From Oscillospiraceae bacterium (lineage in GTDB: Bacteria; Bacillota; Clostridia; Oscillospirales; CAG-272), in NCBI GenBank assembly GCA_015064385.1, contig SVSI01000006.1, positions 29,252 through 93,251 on the forward strand: DNA of 64,000 nucleotides. The letters are read 5' to 3'. The notes beneath the pieces were generated by a model. The model ran no database searches. It was not told where the DNA came from and was given only the letters and a program-made list of their open reading frames with translations. Positions 27,722 to 36,836 of the stretch are shown here, one piece after another. Position 1 is the stretch's first letter; each line of letters begins with the position of its first letter. Position numbers and translations under genes: made by a program.

Positions 27722-29035
27722 ATGACGAGATATATTCTTCTCAAAAACGCGCGGATAATAAACGTCGCCGAAAAGTCGCTTTGCGACTCCGATATTCTTA
27801 TCCGCCAAAAGGACGCTCAAAGCGACAGCGAGATAGTAGCTGTCGGAAGCGGCATTTCCCTGCCCGACACGTCCGACTCTATGATCAAAACTCTTGATCT
27901 TCACGGACAGTTCGTATGTCCGTCCTTTACAGATATGAGGTGCGATATATGTGAGCCGGGAAACCGCAACAGAGAGGACTTTGAGTCTCTCGGAGCGGCG
28001 GCGGCGCTCGGCGGATTCGGAGCGGTATGCTCGATACCGATCGACGGTATAGACGCAAGTGACCAGACGGTTCTTGACTACATCTTTGAAAACGAGCATC
28101 GCACGGGCGGTATAAAGATCCTTCCCTGCGTTAATCTTGTATCGTCAGACGGGGAAATAAACGATATAGAATCCCTTGCCAAAGGCGGCGTAGTTGCCTT
28201 TTACGACGACGGACGTGCCCCTCTCTCCGTTTTGAAAAAAGCGATGGAGGTCTGTGCGAAAAACGGTCTTTTAGTGATAGTTCACTGTCAGGAAAACGCT
28301 CTCGTCGGAAAGGGCGTTATGAACGAGGGCAATACAAGCAAAATGCTCGGTCTTAACGGCATTTCCGCCTCGTGTGAGGAGATCGCGGTAGCAAAAAACC
28401 TCCTTCTCGCCGCAGAAACTAACTGTCGCCTGCACGTGTCCCACGTCAGCACGGCACGCTCGGTCGAGATGATCAGAAAAGCAAAGGCGGACGGCGTACG
28501 CGTCAGCTGTGACACGTCGGTACAGTATTTCGCGCTGACCGACTCGGACATCCCATTTTACAGTGCAAACGCAAAGGTAATGCCCCCGCTTCGCACCGAA
28601 AAGGACAGAGTGGCTATAACCGAGGCGATAGAAGACGGCACGATCGACTGCATCTGCTCGGATCACTCGCCAAAGACCGTACGCGAAAAGCCAAACGATC
28701 TTGAAAAAGCGCTCCCCGGAATGATCGGACTTCAGACGGCGTTCACCGTCTCGCTCGACCGTCTCGTTATGGGAGGTCATATCGATATTTTCCGTCTCGT
28801 GGAGCTTTTCACCTCGTCATGTGCATCCATAATCGGATTCGGATATGATATAAAGATCGGTCAAAAAGCGTACTTGAACGTCTTTTCGCTTGAGGCAGAT
28901 ACCTTTTTTCAGAGCGAAAATTCAAGGAGCAAGTCCAAAAACTCTCCATTTCTCGAAACGGGATTCCGCGGTTGTCTTACCCACACGGTAACGGACGGAG
29001 TTCTGAACACAAATCCCGATATAAGTGTATTTTAA
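27722..29035 (+). CDS. Dihydroorotase-like amidohydrolase lacking the N-terminal HxH metal site
   Basis: ORF track starts at the TTG at 27713. The ATG at 27722 has AAAGGAG upstream. HVSHVSTARSVEMIRKAKADG and SDHSP resemble PyrC, but the expected D-x-H-V-H-x-R-E-P-G reads TDMRCDICEPG. Confidence 0.7.
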   Translation: MTRYILLKNARIINVAEKSLCDSDILIRQKDAQSDSEIVAVGSGISLPDTSDSMIKTLDLHGQFVCPSFTDMRCDICEPGNRNREDFESLGAAAALGGFGAVCSIPIDGIDASDQTVLDYIFENEHRTGGIKILPCVNLVSSDGEINDIESLAKGGVVAFYDDGRAPLSVLKKAMEVCAKNGLLVIVHCQENALVGKGVMNEGNTSKMLGLNGISASCEEIAVAKNLLLAAETNCRLHVSHVSTARSVEMIRKAKADGVRVSCDTSVQYFALTDSDIPFYSANAKVMPPLRTEKDRVAITEAIEDGTIDCICSDHSPKTVREKPNDLEKALPGMIGLQTAFTVSLDRLVMGGHIDIFRLVELFTSSCASIIGFGYDIKIGQKAYLNVFSLEADTFFQSENSRSKSKNSPFLETGFRGCLTHTVTDGVLNTNPDISVF

Positions 29036-29046
29036 GGTGCTGACAT

Positions 29047-29082
29047 CATTGCGTTGATGTTAGCACTTTTTTGTATTAAATT
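29047..29082 (+). terminator. Intrinsic terminator
   Basis: GTGCTGACATCA-ttgcg-TTGATGTTAGCAC followed by TTTTTT. Confidence 0.65.
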
Positions 29083-29171
29083 TTTCTGCAAATATTGAAT
29101 GTCGATAATTTTTCTGTTATAATAATATGGAAAATAGACATGTCTTTACAAATATATAAGGAGAAGATCCT

Positions 29172-31460
29172 ATGAAGAACACATTAAAATCTATAATAGC
29201 TCTCACACTCTGCCTTATTGCTCTCGTTGCCTGCAAAAAAAAACACACGCATGAAAACTGCGAGTGGATAGCCGACAATCTCGGGCATTATCTAAGCTGC
29301 TCGGGTGAAAATGAAAGAATAAACGGCGGAGAACATACCGTCGACAAAGATCACATCTGCACGGTATGCGGTGCTGAGGTAATAGCTTTTTCACCCAAAA
29401 ATCTTGAAATTACTGTCTTCAACGAGTTCGGATTCAGAAAGACTTACACGTCTTACTACGGTTCGAATATTGTATATCGTGAGGAAACGAAATTTGAGAA
29501 AAGCGAAAACGATTATACCGGCTACAAAATATACAGCGGCGAAAACCTTGTTGAAGAAGGAAAATTCGCTTCTGTCGGCAAAGATGAGTACGTTTTATCT
29601 CAGAAAATAACGTATGACGCTGACGGCGAGTACAGTATATATCTTTACAACGAGCACGGCGATTACACCAAATGCACCGATTACAATAAAAACGGCAGTG
29701 AGATAAGCGTCACAGAGCGCGAGTTAGTTTACGACGAAAACGGTGTTTGTATTCAAAGAAAGTTTTACGACGACGGCGTTTTATACAGAGATATCATCTA
29801 TGAGGCAACCCCCAGCGGAGAAAGCAGAAAGAAAATCGATACCTATTATTATCCCGACGACACCAAAGAGGTAACATCCTTCAACGAAAAAGAGCTGACA
29901 ACTCTTTCTGCCTTTTATAACGCCGACGGAGATATAATTGAAGAGGTAACCTACGAGTACACCTATGACAAAGACGGAAACGTTATCCTTATAAAAGAGT
30001 ATGAAGGTCCATCTTTGACCGGAGAAAAGGTATTTTCATACACGAGCTATAAATACGCGGATAGTGCCACCTACATATCAAAAGATACCAGATATTACGG
30101 CGAAGAAAAATACGTTTATTTGTATGACGAAAACAACGACGATATCAGCATTACTCAATACGACGCAAACGGCGAGATCGTGCGTCTCAGTGAGTTTGAA
30201 CACACCTACGACGACATCGGAAACCGCATACACGAGAAAGAATTCGTAAACGGCAACCTGACACATGAGTACGAATATTCTTGCCGCGCTGACGATCCCA
30301 CTCATACTTACAGGTCAAAACACGTATATTACGATAAAGACGGATATAAGTACGTTACTTTCTATAACGAACAAGGTCACGTCACAAAGGAGATATACTA
30401 CGATAACGACGGCGAGATAGATTACGAGAGAAATCACGAGTACACCTTCGATAACAAGGGTAATATACTCTCCCAAAAGGAATACATTGACGGCAAACTG
30501 AGCATCGAGTACGAATATTCTTACAAAACAAGCCATCCAAGCGAAACCTATCAGTCAAAGCGCATCGACTACCGCGGCGATTCTACAAAGCGCGTTGAGA
30601 TCTACAATGAGAACCGAGAGACCGTAAGCGCGACCGAATACGACGCCGAAGGAAACGTCACCTACAACTGCACCTTCGAATATGAATACGACGGCAACGG
30701 CAAACTGCTGAAAAGACGTGAGTATGAAAACGGAAGACTTGTCGAGACAAGTGAATACGCTTATTATCCCGACGGTTCGGGAGACACATATTTTAACAAG
30801 CTCATTATGTACTACGAGGATTCCTCCTACCGAATCGTCGTTTACAATACCCGCGGAAGTATTGATTCCGATACCCATTATTTTGCCGACTTCACGAAAC
30901 ATGAAACTATTTACGACGGCAATGGCAATGAGCTTAGCGAAACGTATTACGATGCCGATGGAAATATAAGTGAAAAATACACTTACGAGTACACGCTCGA
31001 TGACAAGAACAATGTTGTATTTGAAAAAGAATACAGGGACGGCAAACTTTATTCAGAAACCGAATATTCATACCGAACCGATGACCCAGATAACGTTTAT
31101 GCATCGCAAAGGATATACTACTATAACGACTTATCAAAAGAAATCGTCAAATACGATGAATACAGTGCAACGGTAAGCGAGGTCGTCTACGACGCTCAAG
31201 GAAACGTAACATTTTCTGCCACGTACGAGAATGAATACGACAACGAGGGCAATTTTCTAAATGAAAAAAAATACGAAGACGGCGTGCTCACCTGCTGGTG
31301 GGAGTATTCGTATTATACAAACGGATACTCGGGAACCTACGTATCAAGGCGTACCGAATATTATGATAACGGAGAGAAGATCGTAACGCTATATTCCGAT
31401 GATAACGAAATTATAAGCAAAACCCATTACGACAAAGACGGGAACGTTATTACCAAATGA
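29172..31460 (+). CDS. Repeat lipoprotein (YD/MORN-variant-like beta-hairpin repeats)
   Basis: 762 aa with signal peptide and lipobox LVAC. A ~90-aa super-repeat is rich in E-Y-x-Y-D-x-x-G-N motifs (FEYEYDGNGKLLKRREYENGRL and similar). Confidence 0.7.
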   Translation: MKNTLKSIIALTLCLIALVACKKKHTHENCEWIADNLGHYLSCSGENERINGGEHTVDKDHICTVCGAEVIAFSPKNLEITVFNEFGFRKTYTSYYGSNIVYREETKFEKSENDYTGYKIYSGENLVEEGKFASVGKDEYVLSQKITYDADGEYSIYLYNEHGDYTKCTDYNKNGSEISVTERELVYDENGVCIQRKFYDDGVLYRDIIYEATPSGESRKKIDTYYYPDDTKEVTSFNEKELTTLSAFYNADGDIIEEVTYEYTYDKDGNVILIKEYEGPSLTGEKVFSYTSYKYADSATYISKDTRYYGEEKYVYLYDENNDDISITQYDANGEIVRLSEFEHTYDDIGNRIHEKEFVNGNLTHEYEYSCRADDPTHTYRSKHVYYDKDGYKYVTFYNEQGHVTKEIYYDNDGEIDYERNHEYTFDNKGNILSQKEYIDGKLSIEYEYSYKTSHPSETYQSKRIDYRGDSTKRVEIYNENRETVSATEYDAEGNVTYNCTFEYEYDGNGKLLKRREYENGRLVETSEYAYYPDGSGDTYFNKLIMYYEDSSYRIVVYNTRGSIDSDTHYFADFTKHETIYDGNGNELSETYYDADGNISEKYTYEYTLDDKNNVVFEKEYRDGKLYSETEYSYRTDDPDNVYASQRIYYYNDLSKEIVKYDEYSATVSEVVYDAQGNVTFSATYENEYDNEGNFLNEKKYEDGVLTCWWEYSYYTNGYSGTYVSRRTEYYDNGEKIVTLYSDDNEIISKTHYDKDGNVITK

Positions 31461-31465
31461 CAAAA

Positions 31466-31489
31466 AACGGAACACTTGCGTGTTCCGTT
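31466..31489. terminator. Bidirectional intrinsic terminator
   Basis: AACGGAACAC-ttgc-GTGTTCCGTT flanked by A/T runs between convergent genes. Confidence 0.7.
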
Positions 31490-31493
31490 TTTG

Positions 31494-32033
31494 TTATTTA
31501 ATATAATACCCACAACCGCGTCTGGTGTAAATGATACGCTCTCCGAAGCGAAAATCCAGTTTCTTTCTGAGATAGCGAACGTAAACGTCAATGACATTAC
31601 TTTCCGACGATTCCACGCCCCAAAGCGCACTGAATATCTCCTCGCGTGAAAGAGTCATTCCTCTTCTCGCAAGAAGAAGTCCGAGAACGTCTCTTTCTTT
31701 CGCCGTGAGCGGGACAAATACGTCGCGGTAGGTAACTCCGTCGCTGCTTAATGTAAATTCGGCGGTGCGCGCTTCCCTCTTGGGTATCTCAACGCTTTCG
31801 GCAAAGCGTTCGACGACCGCCTCTGCAAGGTCGGTCATAATAAAAGGACGCACGAGATCGGGATATTTATTCTCGTCTCTCGAAAAGGTTACCGTCTTCT
31901 CGCTTGGCATTTCCGACGAAAAGTCAAGATCGACTATAACGCATCTATCAAGTATCTGCGGCTCTATATGAAGATCCTCGAGATATTCCTTTATTGCCGC
32001 AGAAAATATCTCATCTCCCGAAACTATCAGCAT
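31494..32033 (-). CDS. OmpR/PhoB-type winged-helix regulator with a short, degenerate receiver-like N-domain
   Basis: ORF track extends to 32174 across a repeat element. The ATG at 32033 has AAAGGA upstream. The C-terminus NVIDVYVRYLRKKL...RRGCGYYI is a Trans_reg_C-type wHTH. Confidence 0.65.
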   Translation of the reverse strand: MLIVSGDEIFSAAIKEYLEDLHIEPQILDRCVIVDLDFSSEMPSEKTVTFSRDENKYPDLVRPFIMTDLAEAVVERFAESVEIPKREARTAEFTLSSDGVTYRDVFVPLTAKERDVLGLLLARRGMTLSREEIFSALWGVESSESNVIDVYVRYLRKKLDFRFGERIIYTRRGCGYYIK

Positions 32034-32062
32034 TTTTCGTCCTTTCTCCAAGGTCTTTGCCC

Positions 32063-32193
32063 TTGGAAACCCACTTAGAACCTTTTTAAAAAAAGGTTCT
32101 AAGAACTCCAAAAACTTTACTTGAGCGAGACAACTTTTTTTGCTAGACAACTTTTTGAAAAAAAGTTTTCTCACACTCTTTCAAAAACTTTTC
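32063..32193. repeat. Intergenic hairpin-plus-tail repeat element, copies 2a and 2b (tandem)
   Basis: Copy 2a is CTTAGAACCTTTTTAAAAAAAGGTTCTAAG (32074-32103) plus TCCAAAAACTTTACT (32107-32121). Copy 2b is a degenerate unit AGACAACTTTTTGAAAAAAAGTTTTCT plus TTCAAAAACTTTT (32145-32192). Confidence 0.55.
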
Positions 32194-32201
32194 TTAATAT
32201 T

Positions 32202-32924
32202 TTATTTGATGTTTTCCAGTAGCATTTCGACGTCAAGAGAATGCTTTCCGTCTTCCTTTACGGCGCAGAAATAATCGAGTCCGTCGCTGTTTGTATGATA
32301 AATATCAAGCTTTTCGCGAAGCTTACTCTCGGTAAGATAGTTTATGGTAAACGAGCGTATCTTCTTGTTTTCGACCTCTGGCAAAAAGTCGCAGACCATA
32401 TCAACGTATCTGGTATTATTCATGTGATCGTTTCTGTCGATATCGCTATAAACCACAGTCTTTTCGCCTACTTTTACGTGCTCGCCATCGGGCATTTTTA
32501 CCTTTTCGGGAATACCTATTTCGGGAAGCTCATCGAGGGTGCCGAGTCCGATCTCGGCGTCCTTGACCCTTATGAGTCGCTTCTCGTTTATATCAACGAG
32601 CGCCCAGGTTGTGACGATATCAGCCGCAAGCACGCCGTCTCTGAAGATCTGTGCGCTGCGCACGAAGGTCGCACCCTTACTCGTATTTGCCCAAGTTGTG
32701 ACCTCGATCTCGTCGTAAACCGAAAGATCTGCATAGAGCTTCATTCCCGTGCGGCTCAAGATAAACGCCTGTCCGCGCTCGAAAAGATCCTCCGTTGAGG
32801 GAGGATTATCGTGCATCTGGAGATTTATCGCCTCCTGAAAATAGCGCAAAAGCGCGCCCGGTCTCACCGCACCGTTCGGAGCTATATCCATTGCGGTAAG
32901 ACGGTATTTTACACTGTATTTCAT
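32202..32924 (-). CDS. Acyl-ACP thioesterase
   Basis: ORF track extends to 33053, overlapping fba. The ATG at 32924 has AAAGGAA upstream. Double hot-dog layout, with DIDRNDHMNNTRY typical of the family. Confidence 0.8.
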   Translation of the reverse strand: MKYSVKYRLTAMDIAPNGAVRPGALLRYFQEAINLQMHDNPPSTEDLFERGQAFILSRTGMKLYADLSVYDEIEVTTWANTSKGATFVRSAQIFRDGVLAADIVTTWALVDINEKRLIRVKDAEIGLGTLDELPEIGIPEKVKMPDGEHVKVGEKTVVYSDIDRNDHMNNTRYVDMVCDFLPEVENKKIRSFTINYLTESKLREKLDIYHTNSDGLDYFCAVKEDGKHSLDVEMLLENIK

Positions 32925-32943
32925 ATTTTTATTCCTTTGCAAA

Positions 32944-32972
32944 ATCAAGGGAGCCGAAAAGGGCTCCCTTGA
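32944..32972 (-). terminator. Intrinsic terminator downstream of fba
   Basis: TCAAGGGAGCC ... GGCTCCCTTGA hairpin followed by TTTT on the minus strand. Confidence 0.6.
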
Positions 32973-32979
32973 TGTCTTA

Positions 32980-33939
32980 TTAAAGAGTGTTCTGCGAGCC
33001 GAGAACGTTGATGATCTTATGCTTAACCATTTCCTTAACCTCGTTTCTCGCAACCGAGAGATAAGTACGGGGGTCGAAAGCAGAGGGATCTTCTACGAAC
33101 TTTCTGCGGATTCCAGCGGTGAGAGCAAGACGGATATCGGAGTCGATATTGATCTTACATACAGCCATCTTTGCTGCCTTGCGGAGCTGCTCTTCGGGAA
33201 TGCCTACTGCGTCGGGAAGTGCTCCGCCGCAAGCGTTGATCTCCTTAACGTGTGCCTGCGATACCGAGGATGCGCCGTGAAGAACGATCGGGAATCCGGG
33301 GAGACGCTTTTCGACCTCCTCGAGAATGTCGAAACGGAGCGGCGGGGGAATAAGGATTCCCTCCTCGTTTCTCGTGCACTGTGCGGGAGTGAACTTATAT
33401 GCACCGTGAGAGGTTCCTATCGAGATAGCAAGCGAGTCAACGCCCGTGCGACCTACAAACTCTTCAACCTCCTCGGGTCTTGTGTAAGAGGAGTGCTCTG
33501 CTACTACGTCGTCCTCAACGCCTGCGAGAACGCCGAGCTCACCCTCAACGACAACTCCGTGAGCGTGTGCGTATTCAACTACCTTCTTGGTAACTGCTAT
33601 ATTGTCCTCGAAGCTATGGTGCGATCCGTCGATCATTACAGAGGTAAAGCCGCCGTCGATACACGCCTTGCAGATCTCGAAATCTGCGCCGTGGTCGAGG
33701 TGAAGTGCAAGGTCGATGCCCGAATCCTCGATAGCTGCCTTTGCAAGAGCGAGGAGGTATGCCTGCTTAGCGTACTTTCTTGCGCCTGCCGAAACCTGAA
33801 GGATAACGGGAGACTTGGTCTCGCCTGCTGCCTCGGCGATCGCCTGAATGATCTCCATATTGTTGATATTGAACGCGCCTATTGCGTATCCGCCTGCATA
33901 GGCCTTTTTGAACATTTCTTTCGTAGTAACGAGTGCCAT
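32980..33939 (-). CDS. fba: Class II fructose-1,6-bisphosphate aldolase
   Basis: 319 aa. MALVTTKEMFKKAYAGGYAIGAFNINNME and LHLDHG motifs. Confidence 0.92.
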   Translation of the reverse strand: MALVTTKEMFKKAYAGGYAIGAFNINNMEIIQAIAEAAGETKSPVILQVSAGARKYAKQAYLLALAKAAIEDSGIDLALHLDHGADFEICKACIDGGFTSVMIDGSHHSFEDNIAVTKKVVEYAHAHGVVVEGELGVLAGVEDDVVAEHSSYTRPEEVEEFVGRTGVDSLAISIGTSHGAYKFTPAQCTRNEEGILIPPPLRFDILEEVEKRLPGFPIVLHGASSVSQAHVKEINACGGALPDAVGIPEEQLRKAAKMAVCKINIDSDIRLALTAGIRRKFVEDPSAFDPRTYLSVARNEVKEMVKHKIINVLGSQNTL

Positions 33940-34054
33940 TGTGTGTTCTCCTTGAGTAATAATATTTTACTGTTATATTCTACACTCTTTTTCGTCAAAA
34001 ATCAAGTGCTTTTGATATTTTTTTGGCAAAGACTTGAATTTTTGTAAAAATACT

Positions 34055-34086
34055 ATACGGGAGAGGCGTTTTAACCTCTCCCGTAT
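34055..34086 (-). terminator. Intrinsic terminator downstream of mazF
   Basis: ATACGGGAGAGG-cgttttaa-CCTCTCCCGTAT with a T-rich tail on the minus strand. Confidence 0.55.
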
Positions 34087-34097
34087 GTACGCTTTTA

Positions 34098-34559
34098 TCA
34101 TTTATTTTCCGATTTTTCCTTATCGAACGTCTCTTTTACCGTACCCGATACGGGTGCAGATGCGGGGATCGCGCTCGGCATAGGGCTGTCACAAAGTCCG
34201 AAGCTGACGCTTATCGCATCGTTGACCTGCTTCATAACTCTCTCGTCGAGATGCCCCATTTTTTCTTTAAGACGGCGCTTATCGAGCGTTCTTATCTGCT
34301 CAAGAAGTATTACTGAATTTCTTGACAGACCGTAATTTTCGGCGTCTCCCGTATCGTCACGGCAGACGTCTATATGGGTGGGAAGTCGGTTTTTACCGAG
34401 ACGGCTCGTTATAGCCGCCGCAATAACGGTCGGACTGTATTTATTGCCAACGTCATTTTGTATTATAAGCACAGGGCGAAGTCCTCCCTGCTCCGAGCCG
34501 ATCACAGGGCTGAGATCTGCATAGTATATATCACCGCGTTTTACCGTCACTTTATTCAC
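34098..34559 (-). CDS. mazF: MazF/PemK-family endoribonuclease toxin with a ~35-aa C-terminal extension
   Basis: [31 protein letters not shown] is the canonical MazF N-terminus. The likely start is the GTG at 34550, with GGAG 10 nt upstream. The track start at 34559 is also a GTG. Confidence 0.85.
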   Translation of the reverse strand: MNKVTVKRGDIYYADLSPVIGSEQGGLRPVLIIQNDVGNKYSPTVIAAAITSRLGKNRLPTHIDVCRDDTGDAENYGLSRNSVILLEQIRTLDKRRLKEKMGHLDERVMKQVNDAISVSFGLCDSPMPSAIPASAPVSGTVKETFDKEKSENK

Positions 34560-34714
34560 TCTCCGTATATTTTGTTTTCCGATATTATTTTTTCCACCGA
34601 TCGCATTTCTTAAACGCAGATATTAAAAGTTGCAAGAAAAAGAAATCGACCGCTTGTTACATAATATGCACAAGGCGGTCTTTCGACATTATACGCAAAT
34701 TACTTCGGACATAC

Positions 34715-34749
34715 AAAAAAGCTCCGCGGCATTGCCGCGAAGCTCTTTT
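34715..34749 (-). terminator. Intrinsic terminator downstream of the DUF1963-like gene
   Basis: On the minus strand: GAGCTTCGCGGC-aat-GCCGCGGAGC followed by TTTTTT. Confidence 0.6.
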
Positions 34750-34764
34750 ATACTATTATCACTG

Positions 34765-35298
34765 TCAAATAAGCTTTGCCTGGTCAAAGCAGAGCTTTGA
34801 GAGAGCTTTTTTAGATATTACTATCTTCTTTTTATCTCCGAGGAATCCGAAGATCTTTGGATCGGCATTTGTAAAATCAAACAGCACCAGATCGTCTCCC
34901 GCGTCCTCCGCGCTCGATATAAACGATCCTATGACGCCAGACTCACCGTCTTTGTAAAAACGAACGCTGTATTCTTTTTTAGGCAGGTCAAAATCCACGC
35001 TTTCGTTGAAATCCTCGACTACCGTGTCGGGATCCTCGCCGAAAAATCTTATTCTCAAAGGATTTTCGCCGTCCTGAGTATCGAAAAAGAAATAGATATA
35101 TCCGTCAGTCGGGAAAAGTCCGTAGCCGCCAAAATCGGTATAATCGGCAAGAGCTATCTGACACACGAATACCTCGCTCTCCGAAAAGAGCTCCTCGTCA
35201 AACCATTCTCCCGGCACGGTCGGTGAGCCGAAAAATCTGCTGACCGCTTCGTTTTTGCATTTATCCTCTGAAAGAGAGATTATCACTTTATTATTCAT
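34765..35298 (-). CDS. YwqG/DUF1963-like protein (short)
   Basis: 177 aa. SRFFGSPTVPGEW ... FVCQIALADY ... GYIYFFFD resembles the DUF1963 signature. Confidence 0.55.
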   Translation of the reverse strand: MNNKVIISLSEDKCKNEAVSRFFGSPTVPGEWFDEELFSESEVFVCQIALADYTDFGGYGLFPTDGYIYFFFDTQDGENPLRIRFFGEDPDTVVEDFNESVDFDLPKKEYSVRFYKDGESGVIGSFISSAEDAGDDLVLFDFTNADPKIFGFLGDKKKIVISKKALSKLCFDQAKLI

Positions 35299-36761
35299 TT
35301 CGATCTACCTTTTCTCTCTGCAATAAGTTTTTGAACGAATATCGCTATAACTCCCAGGCAGGCAAAGCACATAAGCACGAGAGTCATATTGACTATAAGC
35401 ACCGTTCTTCCCGACATCTTCCCGAGATCACTCGGACTCGTAATATCGAGATCGCTCTCCCACGCGTTCTCGCCTGACGTACCTCCCATAGGAAGCACTT
35501 GCGGTCTTGACGCGCCGCACTCTGTACAAACGCTTGTGGTTATGATCTCGGAGCCGTCCCCTATCTGAGTGTAGTTATGCTCGAGCATAGGGATCTCCTC
35601 AACGTACGAATCCCCGCAGACACAGGTGAATTTCTTTCGTCCGCTCGAGGTGCAGTCTGCTTTTTTCTCGATAACCTCGGTATAAAAATGCTCGGTCTTG
35701 GCAACGTGATGTTCTCTGCGTTCAACGTGACATTCGCGACATTTTCTGTAAGTATATCCGGGCACGGTACACGTCGGCTCTATAACCGTATCCTCAAAGT
35801 CGTGCGGAACGAGCTCAAGAGAGATCTCGCTCATAAGAAAGCCGCACTGCGTACAGTAAACGCTTTCGCTTCCGTGCTTCTGGCAGGTGGATTCAATAAC
35901 CGTTTTTTCTCCTGCCGTATGGGGTACGGTATCGGTATAGTCTCTGCGCTCGGTAAAGTCACAGCCGTCACGCAGACATTTATATTCGGTATATCCCCTC
36001 TGTGAGCAGGTGGGCTCAACGATATTTATTCCATCAAGTCCCGGCTCGTGCCCGAGCGGTGCCTCACCCTCCACTATACTCGGGAGATGGCATCTTTTAC
36101 ACTCGTATATCTCGTATCCGTACTGAGTACAGTCGGGCTCTACCGTACGCACGAGCTCGTTGTCGTGACCGAGAGCATCGTCCTTTTTATTCCTAGTATA
36201 TTCGCCGCACTTAGTACATTTTTCGACCGTGTATCCGTTTTCGGTACAGGTGGGGGACACCGTGCTTTCAACCTTGTAGTCGTGATCGCACGTAACGCTT
36301 ATCATACCCGTGGTAACGCTTGCGGAAACGCCGGTAACGGTAGCGTTTATCATATTATCGGATACCGCAACCGTTCCCTGACTCTTGAAATAAACGGTGC
36401 ATACCGTTCCGCTGAGCTTCAGCGAGCTGCTGCCCGCCTTTATCTTGATATTGTACGGGTTTCCCGCGGTAACGCTTCCGTAGCTTTTTACCGAGCTTGC
36501 AAACTCGGTCTTTTCTATTGCAAATCGGATATTGTTATAGGTGAGCGATATATCTATGCTCTTTCCCGCGGAAAGCGTTACGCCCGATATATCTATCGGT
36601 ATTTTATAATAACCCGAGCTATCGGTGCTTTGCGCGCTTCCGATAACTACGCTTGCGCCCGCCGCGTGCGACGGAAGGATCGCCAGAGTGAGTGCAACAA
36701 CGATAACTGCGAGCGAAAGGACCGCCATAAGCGTCCGCTTTATGCCGCGCATTTTGTTCAT
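35295..36761 (-). CDS. Membrane-anchored secreted protein: N-terminal beta-sandwich (cohesin-like?) domain + ~7 His/Cys3 modules + C-terminal TM helix
   Basis: ORF track extends to 36767 (GTG). The ATG at 36761 has GGAGG 9 nt upstream. A signal peptide is present. Repeated modules include SPTCTENGYTVEKCTKCG, PDCTQYGYEIYECKRC and PTCTVPGYTYRKCREC. The C-terminal hydrophobic anchor is followed by KLIAERKGRSK. Confidence 0.7.
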   Translation of the reverse strand: MNKMRGIKRTLMAVLSLAVIVVALTLAILPSHAAGASVVIGSAQSTDSSGYYKIPIDISGVTLSAGKSIDISLTYNNIRFAIEKTEFASSVKSYGSVTAGNPYNIKIKAGSSSLKLSGTVCTVYFKSQGTVAVSDNMINATVTGVSASVTTGMISVTCDHDYKVESTVSPTCTENGYTVEKCTKCGEYTRNKKDDALGHDNELVRTVEPDCTQYGYEIYECKRCHLPSIVEGEAPLGHEPGLDGINIVEPTCSQRGYTEYKCLRDGCDFTERRDYTDTVPHTAGEKTVIESTCQKHGSESVYCTQCGFLMSEISLELVPHDFEDTVIEPTCTVPGYTYRKCRECHVERREHHVAKTEHFYTEVIEKKADCTSSGRKKFTCVCGDSYVEEIPMLEHNYTQIGDGSEIITTSVCTECGASRPQVLPMGGTSGENAWESDLDITSPSDLGKMSGRTVLIVNMTLVLMCFACLGVIAIFVQKLIAERKGRSK

Positions 36762-36836
36762 ACACACTCACCTCCGTAATTTTATATAAAAATTATAACA
36801 TACATACCCTGAAATTGCAATAGTGCAAAAGAGTTT

